From positions 1-58,880 of the forward strand of contig CAXNFS010000001.1 of the NCBI GenBank assembly GCA_964201235.1: a stretch of 58,880 nt of DNA. Direction: 5' to 3'. Each line of letters opens with the position of its first letter. Positions within the stretch are counted from its first letter, which is position 1. This DNA is from Gemmataceae bacterium (GTDB lineage: Bacteria; Planctomycetota; Planctomycetia; Gemmatales; Gemmataceae). This document shows, one piece after another, positions 1 through 8,881 of the stretch. The notes under the pieces are model-generated. The model was not told the origin of the DNA. It worked only from the letters and a program-made list of their open reading frames with translations, and did not search any database. A program made the position numbers and the translations under genes.

Positions 1-87
1 AATTTTTGCGGGAACACTTATCGCAGAGCGCTGGACATACGCAATTAGGGCAGCCATGCAAAGCATGCTTAACACCCAGTAACGCAT
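1..87 (-). CDS. MFS-type transporter, N-terminal fragment (continues beyond left edge)
   Basis: The minus-strand ATG at 87..85 shares one base with the TGA stop of the aldolase gene (TGATG). The 29 visible codons read MRYWVLSMLCMAALIAYVQRSAISVPAKI. That is a hydrophobic TM1 followed by a Y-x-R-x-x-x-S type motif, as in sugar-acid MFS permeases. It is too short for a firm call. Confidence 0.4.
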   Translation of the reverse strand, partial: MRYWVLSMLCMAALIAYVQRSAISVPAKI

Positions 88-986
88 CAAGATTGCTCCA
101 GGGATAACGCTTTATCAAGAATTTGAAGCAACCTTAATATTTCAGAAGAAGTTTCAAGGTCAAGATCCCAAGAGTAGGGCGACCTACGCACTTCGTTCTT
201 AAATATCCCCCTGTGCTTAAGAATGAATTTTTCGATTGCCAGAAATCCATCCAAGCCCGCCTGCAACTGCAGAGCGACAATTGCGCAGATAGGAAAATAA
301 ACACGATAGGTCGATTTTTCATCTCCATTAACCAACGCATTCCACAACGAAACAATTCCATCAAGAAGATCAACACCAGGCATGGTGCCGGTGATCCCCC
401 TCCTAAAACTATCTACCAAAAGGATTCCTCCAGAACCTTCAAAGATTTTTGCTTTTCCTGATGAGGCATCTCTTAAAGCGGAAAGATTTGGGCCGATAGG
501 CGATGCTTCTGGTTTAAACAGAATCTTCTCGTTGCCATAAAGTTCAATTAGCTGAATATAAATGCGAAGGGGAATTGCCTGGCCTACATAACCAGAAGCA
601 TCTTGAACAATCAAAGGTAGATTCACCTCTTCTGCAAGCGTTCGAAAATGTTTTAAAACAGCTTCTTCTGGAAGGCTTGTTGTGACTGGAGGGATTGCCA
701 TGATGCCATCGCAGCCTGCTTTTTCAGCAGCCTTGGCATAAACTAATGCCTGCTTTGTGCTTTCTGCACCAACCCCTGCAAAGGTTGCGCCTCTTCCTTC
801 AGTAAACTGAACAATATGATTGGTTAGGGCGATTCTTTCTTCGAATGTCAGTCGTAATATCTCCGAAACCATCCCGGTTCCTAATCCTTGAGCTTTTACT
901 GAAAAGATCCAATCGATTTCTTTTTTCAAGGTTTTCTCATCGATTGTTCCATCATCTTCAAATGGAACATGAACAATTGGCAACAC
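87..986 (-). CDS. DapA/N-acetylneuraminate-lyase family class I aldolase (2-keto-3-deoxy-sugar-acid aldolase-like)
   Basis: 299-aa ORF with a DapA-family N-terminus (LPIVHVPFEDDGTID). It also shows GVGAEST, MAIPP and a FKPEAS Lys region. It lies directly downstream of a sugar-acid dehydratase. The in-frame start is a GTG at 986 without a convincing SD (see the homopolymer finding). Confidence 0.8.
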   Translation of the reverse strand: MLPIVHVPFEDDGTIDEKTLKKEIDWIFSVKAQGLGTGMVSEILRLTFEERIALTNHIVQFTEGRGATFAGVGAESTKQALVYAKAAEKAGCDGIMAIPPVTTSLPEEAVLKHFRTLAEEVNLPLIVQDASGYVGQAIPLRIYIQLIELYGNEKILFKPEASPIGPNLSALRDASSGKAKIFEGSGGILLVDSFRRGITGTMPGVDLLDGIVSLWNALVNGDEKSTYRVYFPICAIVALQLQAGLDGFLAIEKFILKHRGIFKNEVRRSPYSWDLDLETSSEILRLLQILDKALSLEQS

Positions 987-995
987 GCCTGCTAA

Positions 996-1005
996 TTTTT
1001 TTTTT
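996..1005 (-). repeat. A10 homopolymer (T10 on + strand) between an out-of-frame ATG (1008..1006) and the aldolase ORF
   Basis: Direct reading of gctaa-tttttttttt-catga on the + strand. Confidence 0.9.
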
Positions 1006-1013
1006 CATGACTA

Positions 1014-2192
1014 TTACCAATCACCTACACTGCCATCGGTATAAAACACACGCTGCGGTAATTCCTGTTGGAATGGATGTTTAATCAACTCGGCTTCATT
1101 AATTTTAATACCAAGGCCAGGCCGGGTATTGGGTTTTACAATCCTACCTTTACGCTCGGTAATAAAACCTTCTTCAACAACATCCTGCCTCCAGGGAACA
1201 TCATTATGAACTGTTTCGCAAATAATATAACTTGGTTGAGAAAATCCAAACTCAAGCGAAGCGGCAGTGCTAACCGGGCCTTGCGGGTTATGCGGGGCTA
1301 AAGATATCCGGTAAGCTTCAGCTAATGCTGCGATTCTTCGAGCCTCACTTAATCCACCGCAATGTGTGATATCTAACTGGCAAATCTCACAGGCACGCGC
1401 TGCAAATAGATCCCTGAAGGCCGCAAGATTTGTAACCCTTTCACCTGTGGCAATCGGCGTGGAAACAGAACTATTAATTGCCGTAAGCCCTTCAACACTT
1501 TCAGGCCAACATGGTTCTTCCAGAAAATATAAGCCGTATGGTTCCAGGGCTTTGGCAAATTGCATCCCCATTGCAGGTGATGGTCTAGCATGGCAATCCA
1601 CCATGATATCAATGGAATTGCCAACAGCTTCACGCATCGCAGAAACGCATGCCACCGCTGTTCGAATTGGTTTTAGCCCTTCTAAAGGAAGCGTAGGAGG
1701 AACCGCCATGGATTTAAAAGCCGTGAACCCATCTTCTACTGCCTGAAGCGCAAGGTCAGCAAAACGATTGGCATCTTCAGAAGCGGTTTCATAAAAGTCT
1801 TCCATTTTTCCACCGCCAAGATGGCAGTAAGTGCGAATATGATCACGAACCGGACCGCCCCATAACTTTGAGCAAGGCACCCCGAGCGATTTTCCCAGAA
1901 TATCCCATAATGCAATGTCAATTCCTGCAATGGCGGTAGATCGCACAATGCCATTGCCATGCCAGAAATGCTGCCGATACATCATCTGCCAGAGGTATTC
2001 AATCCGGGTTGGATCTTGCCCGATCAGAAGTTCCGCCAAATCATCAATAGCTCCAACAATACTTCGCGTATGCCATTCTAGCGTTGCTTCTCCCCATCCA
2101 AAAAGGCCATCTTGATCAGTTAATACTTTGACAAAAATCCAGTTTCGCATTCTCGCATGGCATACATGAGATTCGATAGCAGTAATTTTCAT
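1014..2192 (-). CDS. Enolase-superfamily sugar-acid dehydratase (D-galactonate dehydratase / mandelate racemase family)
   Basis: The translation [11 protein letters not shown]...[26 protein letters not shown]... is typical of this family, as are the later DCH, LEEP and ATGER segments. The longest ORF starts at 2219. The ATG at 2192 (MKITAIE) matches family N-termini and has an AAGG-type SD upstream. Confidence 0.9.
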   Translation of the reverse strand: MKITAIESHVCHARMRNWIFVKVLTDQDGLFGWGEATLEWHTRSIVGAIDDLAELLIGQDPTRIEYLWQMMYRQHFWHGNGIVRSTAIAGIDIALWDILGKSLGVPCSKLWGGPVRDHIRTYCHLGGGKMEDFYETASEDANRFADLALQAVEDGFTAFKSMAVPPTLPLEGLKPIRTAVACVSAMREAVGNSIDIMVDCHARPSPAMGMQFAKALEPYGLYFLEEPCWPESVEGLTAINSSVSTPIATGERVTNLAAFRDLFAARACEICQLDITHCGGLSEARRIAALAEAYRISLAPHNPQGPVSTAASLEFGFSQPSYIICETVHNDVPWRQDVVEEGFITERKGRIVKPNTRPGLGIKINEAELIKHPFQQELPQRVFYTDGSVGDW

Positions 2193-2232
2193 AACCTTAC
2201 TTTCCTTTTGATCAATCAACTATCTAACTTTA

Positions 2233-3624
2233 TCAAGCAATTATTTTTTTAACCAAATTCCCATGCACATCGGTCAATCGAAAATCACGACCTGCATAAC
2301 GATAAGTTAACTTTTCGTGATCCATGCCCAGCAAATGAAGCATTGTTGCATGAAGATCATGAACATGCACAGGGTTTTGTTCTGCCTTAAAACCAAACTC
2401 ATCCGTAGAACCAACAACCGTTCCACCTTTTACCCCGCCCCCGGCCAACCAACAAGTAAAACCATAATGGTTATGGTCTCTACCACTTAGCCCAGGCATT
2501 TCAGCTACAGGCGTTCTGCCGAATTCTCCACCCCAAAGAACAAGAGTACTATCAAATAATCCGCGTTGTTTAAGGTCCAGAAGAAAAGCAGCAATTGGTT
2601 TATCCCAATCACCAGCAAGCTTTTTATGCTGCTTTTCCAAACTATCATGGTTATCCCAAGGTTGCCCAGCCCCACTCCAAACTTGGATAAACCGAACACC
2701 TTTTTCGATTAATCGACGGGTATAAAGCAATTGCCGACCGTTGGTTGTATCGCCATAAAGTTCCCGTATAGATTTGGTTTCTTTTGTAAGATCAAAGGCA
2801 TCAGTGGCTTCTGATTGCATGCGAAATGCAAGTTCGAAAGTTCGAATTCTAGACTCAAGTTGCGGATCAAAATTACGAGAAGCTAGATTTTCTTCATTAA
2901 GTAGCCGAACTAAATCCAACTGTTTTCTTTGTCGAGCGACAGGCATTTCGGAATTTCGTATGAACGCCACAAGTTTGTCGGGGTCTGAGTTTTTAGTATC
3001 TAGATACGTTCCCTGATAGACACCTGGTAAAAAACTAGAACGCCAGTTTTGCGTGGTCACAATAGGGTAACCACCCGGGCACATTACTACAAATCCAGGG
3101 AGGTTTTTGTTTTCAGATCCAAGGCCATAGGTTACCCAGGAACCAAAACTCGGACGGGGAAGACGGCCATCGCCACAATTCATCAACATTAATGATGGTT
3201 CATGATTTGGAACATCTGCATGCATGGAACGGATTATGCACATATCATCTACATGCATTGCAGTGTTTTCGAAAAGTTCACTTACTTCAATTCCAGATTG
3301 CCCATATTTTTTAAACTTAAAAGGTGAACGCATTGCTGCGCCTGTTTTTCTTTCCGTGCGAAGGTTGGTTTCAGGTAAAGGCTTTCCATGATACTTATCA
3401 AGCATTGGTTTAGGGTCAAAAGTGTCTACTTGGGAAGGCCCACCATTCATGAATAAATGAACCACATGTTTTGCTTTAGAGGGGTAATGCGCTTGCTTCG
3501 GAGCAAGTGGATCCAATTTTCCAACTTCAGCTTTGGATTCATTTGCCATCAGATCAGCAAGTGCCAATGAACCAAAACCTGTTCCAGATCTTAACAAGGC
3601 TTCCCGCCTTGAAAGTAAATTCAT
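2233..3624 (-). CDS. DUF1501 domain protein (sulfatase-like fold, Tat signal)
   Basis: SRREALLRSGTGFGSLALA is a twin-arginine leader. The motifs FMNGGPSQVDTFDPKP, PSFGSWVTYGLGSEN, GGEFGRTP and GRDHN are characteristic of DUF1501. It sits 12 nt downstream of a DUF1553 partner. Confidence 0.9.
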   Translation of the reverse strand: MNLLSRREALLRSGTGFGSLALADLMANESKAEVGKLDPLAPKQAHYPSKAKHVVHLFMNGGPSQVDTFDPKPMLDKYHGKPLPETNLRTERKTGAAMRSPFKFKKYGQSGIEVSELFENTAMHVDDMCIIRSMHADVPNHEPSLMLMNCGDGRLPRPSFGSWVTYGLGSENKNLPGFVVMCPGGYPIVTTQNWRSSFLPGVYQGTYLDTKNSDPDKLVAFIRNSEMPVARQRKQLDLVRLLNEENLASRNFDPQLESRIRTFELAFRMQSEATDAFDLTKETKSIRELYGDTTNGRQLLYTRRLIEKGVRFIQVWSGAGQPWDNHDSLEKQHKKLAGDWDKPIAAFLLDLKQRGLFDSTLVLWGGEFGRTPVAEMPGLSGRDHNHYGFTCWLAGGGVKGGTVVGSTDEFGFKAEQNPVHVHDLHATMLHLLGMDHEKLTYRYAGRDFRLTDVHGNLVKKIIA

Positions 3625-3636
3625 CTCGCTCTCCGT

Positions 3637-6324
3637 TTAGTCAACAAAGGCAAACTCGTTGGTTAAAAATAATCCATGAGTTAAATCTAGCCATACTTCA
3701 TTTTCATTGGACCCCATGACGAAATTTATCATCTGAAGCTTTTCTTTTGCAGTGGGTTTTCGGCCTAATACAGCAAGCATGATTGCATCTGCTTTTTGGT
3801 CAGCACTTTTAATTTCTTTAATCGTATTTAAGTTCAAAACTTTCTTTGCTGCTTCCCGAACAAATGGACCATTCATCAGGTATAAAGCTTGTGGTGCTAC
3901 CGTTGTGGAAGTTCTTTCTACGCTGGAAGAAGCTGGGTTGGGGATATCAAATGTTGCAAGCAGGCTAGGGAAATCCAGCCTGTCAATATATCCATAAACT
4001 GCTCTACGATTTTTGCCTGTAAAAAAAGAAACCGAAGGGCCGCCCACTTTTAAATCAAGATTCCCAGATACTGATAAAACTGAATCATGAAGTGATTCGA
4101 AATCCAGCCTTCTGCGATTCTGCTTCCATAACAGCTTGTTTTCAGGATCTACCTTAAGGCAATCTTCACGATCATTACTGCTTTGTTTGTAGGTGTTCGA
4201 GGTTACGATAACCTTATGAAGTTTTTTAATACTCCAATTGTTTTCCATAAAATTCATTGCAAGCCAATCTAATAACTCTGGATGGGTTGGAAGATCACCA
4301 CGCACGCCGAAGTCCCCTAAAGTTCCAACCAAACCATTTCCAAAATGATGGGCCCATACTTGATTCACAAAAACTCTGGAGGTGAGGGGGTTCGTATTGG
4401 AAGCAATGGATTTAGCGAGTTCTAAACGCCCACTTCCCTTTACAAAACTCTGGCGATTTGAATCAAGAACTTTCAAGAATTGTCTGGGAACTTTATCCCC
4501 TGTCCGATTAGGTTGACCCCGAATAAAAATATTAGGCTCATAAAGTTCGTTTGAATCCAGAAGAACCATAGACCTAGGAGGCCCTTTTACTAAATGTGTT
4601 TCAAGGTCTTTGATTATAGCCTTATATTCCCCCTGTGTAGCACGGTCAGGAAATAGGTCTAAAAATCCCCAATCTAATGCCAAAGGCGCATCAGCAGGAG
4701 AGTTTGGCCCATAAAGAGCAGAGCGAATCATTTCAGCGTTTTTATCTTTTAATGGGATTGTTCCGCCTGAAGAAAGCCAGGCTTTCTCCGTTTCACCAAG
4801 CAGTTTTCCATAAATATCTGCAACCTGCTTCATTGACTTTGGGGGAACCTCAAATGCTTTTAAAATGTTCGGGTTGTCAGACAGTAAATTTCTGACCTCT
4901 AATGCAGATTGAGAAAATGAAGAAGGATTCAGACTGGAATAACGATGCCAAATTGTCCAAGTAGGGTCTTTTTGCATTTTCATTCGTTCGAGAAATGCGC
5001 GCCATCTTGCAATCATTGCTGGATTAAGATCACCTTTGTCCGCAAGTAACATGAAATCATCTGCAGGAGGTTGATTACCAGCTTGATATGCTGCTAAAAG
5101 ATAATCAGCAACTCTTGACCTTGATTGAGTTACAAGGTCGCGATGTTTTGCTTGCACAAAATCCAGTAGCTTTTTTTCTTTGATTTTTAGTTCAAGCGCG
5201 AACTTTTTGTATTCCTCAGTAATTGGTTCAGCATCATAAAGAGGTGGAGTTATAGGTTCGGACGAACTTCGCATTATTCCATAAAGCGAATAATAGTCGG
5301 CAGCGGGTATGGGATCAAATTTGTGATCATGGCATCGGGCACAAGTTACTGTAAGGCCCATTAACCCACGCGTCATAACATCGATTCGATCATCAATGAT
5401 GTCATGGGTATTCCCCATGAAGTGCCCGCCAACGGTTAAAAAACCTAATGCTGCAAGTGATTTTTTATCTTTTGTTTCTAGTTGATCTGCTGCGATTTGC
5501 TCGATGATAAATTGGTTGTAAGGCAGGTCAATATTCAATGAATTAATTACATATTCGCGATATGTCCAAGCCCAAGGGTAATTCTTATCTTCAAAAAATA
5601 CATATCCTTTGTTGTCCGCATATCTTGCAATATCAAGCCAATGCCTTGCCCAGCGTTCTCCATACCTAGGAGAAGCAAGTAACCGGTCCACTACTTTTTC
5701 ATAGGCATCAGATGATGGATCATTTTCAAATGCAGATATTTCTGAAATCGAGGGTGGAATGCCGATAAGATCAATACTTAATCTGCGAATCAAAGTCCGT
5801 TTATCAGCAGTCGCTGATTGTTTGATTAACCTTTTGTTCAATTTTTGGTGAATAAACGAATCAATAGGATGGGACATTTCGTTAATAGGGGGAACAGATT
5901 TTTTTACGGGTAGAAATGACCAATGCTCTGTTTCAGATTTGGTATTTTTCAAGGTGATTTTAATACTTTCTGGCCAAGGTAGGCCCAAGGTAACCCATTT
6001 TTCGAAGGCTTTAATATCAATATCGGGAAGTTTTTTATCACGAGGCATTTTCAGTTGCCCTTCGTGTTTTATGGAAGTAATTAATTTGCTTGTATTTGGG
6101 TTACCAGGGACAACTACAGCACCATTCTTACCACCTTCAATCACCGCTTTCCTAGAATCGAGCCTTAAACCACTTTTTTGAACTGCACTTCCATGGCATT
6201 CAACACATCGTTCTAATAAAACAGGCCGGATCGATCGTTCGAAAAAATCATCTTCAGCTTTGTCTGCTTTTGCATCGCACACAAAAAAAAACAGAAACAA
6301 CAGTGTAATTAAAATTTTAGACAT
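3637..6324 (-). CDS. PSCyt1/DUF1549/DUF1553 protein (Planctomycete cytochrome-c-like N-terminus)
   Basis: Signal peptide followed by IRPVLLERCVECHG (a CxxCH-like PSCyt1 motif). The RRLSIDLIGIPP, CARCHDHKFDP and HPELLDWLA blocks are typical of DUF1549/DUF1553. Confidence 0.9.
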   Translation of the reverse strand: MSKILITLLFLFFFVCDAKADKAEDDFFERSIRPVLLERCVECHGSAVQKSGLRLDSRKAVIEGGKNGAVVVPGNPNTSKLITSIKHEGQLKMPRDKKLPDIDIKAFEKWVTLGLPWPESIKITLKNTKSETEHWSFLPVKKSVPPINEMSHPIDSFIHQKLNKRLIKQSATADKRTLIRRLSIDLIGIPPSISEISAFENDPSSDAYEKVVDRLLASPRYGERWARHWLDIARYADNKGYVFFEDKNYPWAWTYREYVINSLNIDLPYNQFIIEQIAADQLETKDKKSLAALGFLTVGGHFMGNTHDIIDDRIDVMTRGLMGLTVTCARCHDHKFDPIPAADYYSLYGIMRSSSEPITPPLYDAEPITEEYKKFALELKIKEKKLLDFVQAKHRDLVTQSRSRVADYLLAAYQAGNQPPADDFMLLADKGDLNPAMIARWRAFLERMKMQKDPTWTIWHRYSSLNPSSFSQSALEVRNLLSDNPNILKAFEVPPKSMKQVADIYGKLLGETEKAWLSSGGTIPLKDKNAEMIRSALYGPNSPADAPLALDWGFLDLFPDRATQGEYKAIIKDLETHLVKGPPRSMVLLDSNELYEPNIFIRGQPNRTGDKVPRQFLKVLDSNRQSFVKGSGRLELAKSIASNTNPLTSRVFVNQVWAHHFGNGLVGTLGDFGVRGDLPTHPELLDWLAMNFMENNWSIKKLHKVIVTSNTYKQSSNDREDCLKVDPENKLLWKQNRRRLDFESLHDSVLSVSGNLDLKVGGPSVSFFTGKNRRAVYGYIDRLDFPSLLATFDIPNPASSSVERTSTTVAPQALYLMNGPFVREAAKKVLNLNTIKEIKSADQKADAIMLAVLGRKPTAKEKLQMINFVMGSNENEVWLDLTHGLFLTNEFAFVD

Positions 6325-6480
6325 ACTGCCCTTGGTGTGACTTTCGTAATTGTATTTTCATCAATTTTTAAAATTACATCAAGAAATATCTTGATAATTA
6401 AGCAAAGAAATATAAATGCTTTTATGGGAATATTCTATTGTGTGTTTGTTGTTTTAATTTCCTAAATAATTCTTACTACA

Positions 6481-6788
6481 ACCTATTTATCAATAACGAA
6501 ACCAAAAAGATATTTTCCTTCTTGAAAAGTTTATGTCCAGATCATGCTAATATCAGATGCAAATAATTATCAATTTAACCCATTTGATATTACCGAGGTT
6601 TGGTCTTTAAAAGATTATCAAAAACTAGAAATTGGTCTGATGATTTAAAACAAAACCCTGATAATTATTTTGCAGAAGTGGAGCAGGGCGAAGATTTATA
6701 TCGTAATATGGGTGAAGCTGAGAAAGCTAAATTGATGATAACATTACGGGCGGTCTTTCCTGAGCCAGCAAGAAAGAGATTAGTTTAA
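6481..6788 (+). pseudogene. Catalase gene relic (nonsense codon, 1-nt frameshift, large internal and N-terminal deletions)
   Basis: Frame 1 reads [46 protein letters not shown]. Frame 3 continues [14 protein letters not shown] and is joined directly to GEDLYRNMGEAEKAKLMITL. These match the catalase blocks YPSW-x-L-x-QVM, FNPFDLTKVW, NRNPxNYFAEVEQ and the C-terminal LY..M.e.E...L segment. Confidence 0.6.
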
Positions 6789-6906
6789 AAAGCATAGAAT
6801 ATTTCTTGATTGCTGATTCTGATCTCGGAAACAGGCATAAGAAATGTTTAATACCAAAAGGCAAGGCAAGACCTTTGCTAATTTAGTTTCATGGAGCGGC
6901 GATAAA

Positions 6907-8220
6907 ATGTCTCGATTTTTAGTTGCAGGAATTGTTTTAATAGCATTTGCTGGGTTCTCTTTTGGCGAAGCATTTAATTGGCCTACTTGGAGGGGCCCGC
7001 AATCTAATGGTATTGCCCCAAAAAACGCATCACCACCCATTAAGTGGAGTGAAAAAACCAATATCAAATGGAAGGTTGAACTACCGGGGAAAGGAAGTTC
7101 ATCGCCCATTATTTGGGGTAATCACATTTTCTTAACAACTGCAATCAAGACTGACCGTATTGCAAAAAAAGATGAGCAACCAAAACGAAACGAAAATTTT
7201 GAAGCTAAAACTGTTCCTACAGCTAATTTTTATCGTTTCGAAGTCCTCTGCTTCGACAAAAACACTGGCAAATTGAAATGGAACAAAATTGCAAACGAAG
7301 CTTTCCCGCACGAAGGTCACCATTCTACACATTCTTATGCAGCAGGGTCTTGTGTCACCGATGGCAAAAGACTTTATGTCTCATTCGGCTCTTTTGGTTT
7401 TTATTGTTTTGATTTGTCTGGAAATTTATTATGGCAAAGAGATTTTGGAAGGTTAACCACCCGTTTAGGTTGGGGCGAAGCTGTCACACCATCTTTATTT
7501 AATGATTCGTTGGTTCTAAATCTTGATCAAGAAATAAATTCTAAAATCGTTGCGCTAGATTGCAACACTGGAAAAACAAAGTGGGAAAAAGATCGCAATG
7601 AAAAAACCACTTGGAATACACCTTTAATTGTAACTCATCTAGATAAAACCCAGGTGATTTTAAATGGGACTAATCGAGTTAGATCTTACAACCTTGCAGA
7701 TGGTTCCTTGATTTGGGAAACATCCGGGATGACTACTAATGCCATTCCTTCCCCTATTTCTGCAAATGGTATGGCTTATGTGATGAGCGGTTATCGCGGC
7801 GCCGCTGCTATTGCGATACCTTTAAATTCAACCGGAGTATTGGATACAGCCGAAAAAGTTGTTTGGCAATACGCAAAAGGGACGCCTTACGTTCCATCCC
7901 CTATAATCAATGAAGACATGTTGTATTTCACCAAAGCTAATACAGGCATATTAACCGCGCTTGATTTAAAAACGGGGAAACCGATATTTGAAGAATTTAG
8001 GTTAGAAAACATATCAACCTTATATGCTTCTCCTGTTATTGCAAACGGGATGATTTATTTTATGGACAGAGATGGCACTACGGTGGTTATTAAAACCGGA
8101 AGAAAGCCTGAAATAATTGCAACCAACAGATTAAATGAATCGATCGACGCTTCTCCAGCCATTTCAGGTAAAACGCTGTTCATTCGTGGTGATAAACATC
8201 TTTTTGCAATCGAAGAATAA
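6907..8220 (+). CDS. PQQ-like beta-propeller repeat protein (BamB-like fold), secreted
   Basis: NWPTWRGPQSNG follows a signal peptide (MSRFLVAGIVLIAFAGFSFG). Repeated ...G.l.W... blades run throughout. The longest ORF starts at 6844. The ATG at 6907 has GGAGCGG upstream. Confidence 0.8.
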   Translation: MSRFLVAGIVLIAFAGFSFGEAFNWPTWRGPQSNGIAPKNASPPIKWSEKTNIKWKVELPGKGSSSPIIWGNHIFLTTAIKTDRIAKKDEQPKRNENFEAKTVPTANFYRFEVLCFDKNTGKLKWNKIANEAFPHEGHHSTHSYAAGSCVTDGKRLYVSFGSFGFYCFDLSGNLLWQRDFGRLTTRLGWGEAVTPSLFNDSLVLNLDQEINSKIVALDCNTGKTKWEKDRNEKTTWNTPLIVTHLDKTQVILNGTNRVRSYNLADGSLIWETSGMTTNAIPSPISANGMAYVMSGYRGAAAIAIPLNSTGVLDTAEKVVWQYAKGTPYVPSPIINEDMLYFTKANTGILTALDLKTGKPIFEEFRLENISTLYASPVIANGMIYFMDRDGTTVVIKTGRKPEIIATNRLNESIDASPAISGKTLFIRGDKHLFAIEE

Positions 8221-8248
8221 GCACTGTTCCATTGGTGCTTGATTTTTA
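8219..8248 (+). terminator. Rho-independent terminator candidate
   Basis: AAGCAC (8219-8224) pairs with GTGCTT (8235-8240) across a 10-nt loop, followed by gaTTTTTa. The stem is only 6 bp. Confidence 0.45.
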
Positions 8249-8329
8249 TTGTGTAACAACATTGGTTTTATGCATTAATATATCTTGTATAGAAATGAAT
8301 GCGATAATTTAAATTCCAAGGGTGGCAAG

Positions 8330-8812
8330 ATGATGATTAAGATAAGTTTATTTGTTTTCATGGTTCTGGGCTTCGAAGAACCAGACACCTCGATTATCCG
8401 AAAAAAATTCGACCAATTGAAAACAAAGGGAACTGCCGAAAGGGTTATCGCTGTTAAGGATGGTACCAAAACAACTTTTTTCAAACGAAAGTTTGAGCTT
8501 GTTAGTTACAACATAGAAACAACGAGTACAGGGAATAAAATTATTCCCTATTTTGCTGTAATCAAATTTCGGGCCAAAGTTAAAACATCAAAAGAATTTG
8601 AAACTACAGAACTTGCTTCTAACGCTGTTTTAAACAATGAATCAGAATCTTTTTTACAATGGCAAGCTATCTACAGACTTGTCAAAGAAAATTGGGCACT
8701 AGAAAACATTGTTTATCGTTCTTCGAATGGCGAGGTATTTGGCGATTTGAAAAACACTACAGATGCTAAACATTTTATCTTTGATTGGTTTAATGCACTT
8801 GATGGTTATTAA
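8330..8812 (+). CDS. Hypothetical small secreted protein
   Basis: The ORF has a hydrophobic N-terminus (MMIKISLFVFMVLG) and GGTGG upstream of ATG 8330. It is bracketed by hairpin terminators. I recognise no family. Confidence 0.5.
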   Translation: MMIKISLFVFMVLGFEEPDTSIIRKKFDQLKTKGTAERVIAVKDGTKTTFFKRKFELVSYNIETTSTGNKIIPYFAVIKFRAKVKTSKEFETTELASNAVLNNESESFLQWQAIYRLVKENWALENIVYRSSNGEVFGDLKNTTDAKHFIFDWFNALDGY

Positions 8813-8830
8813 ACGCATCTAAATAAACAA

Positions 8831-8869
8831 AGCCAGTGGGTGAATATCTACCCGCTGGCTTTATTTATT
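8831..8869. terminator. Bidirectional rho-independent terminator between convergent genes
   Basis: AGCCAGTGGGT (8831-8841) pairs with ACCCGCTGGCT (8850-8860), 11 bp including one G-U pair, across an 8-nt loop. It is followed by TTATTTATT and preceded by AAATAAACAA, which gives a T-tract for the opposite strand. Confidence 0.65.
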
Positions 8870-8881
8870 ACAACTAATCGA

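Noticed and set aside
6600-6788. 62-aa ORF from the six-frame track, considered as a real small gene.
   Set aside because: Its sequence is two non-adjacent catalase blocks fused together. The preceding catalase blocks lie in another frame and contain a stop codon. It is better explained as a pseudogene relic.
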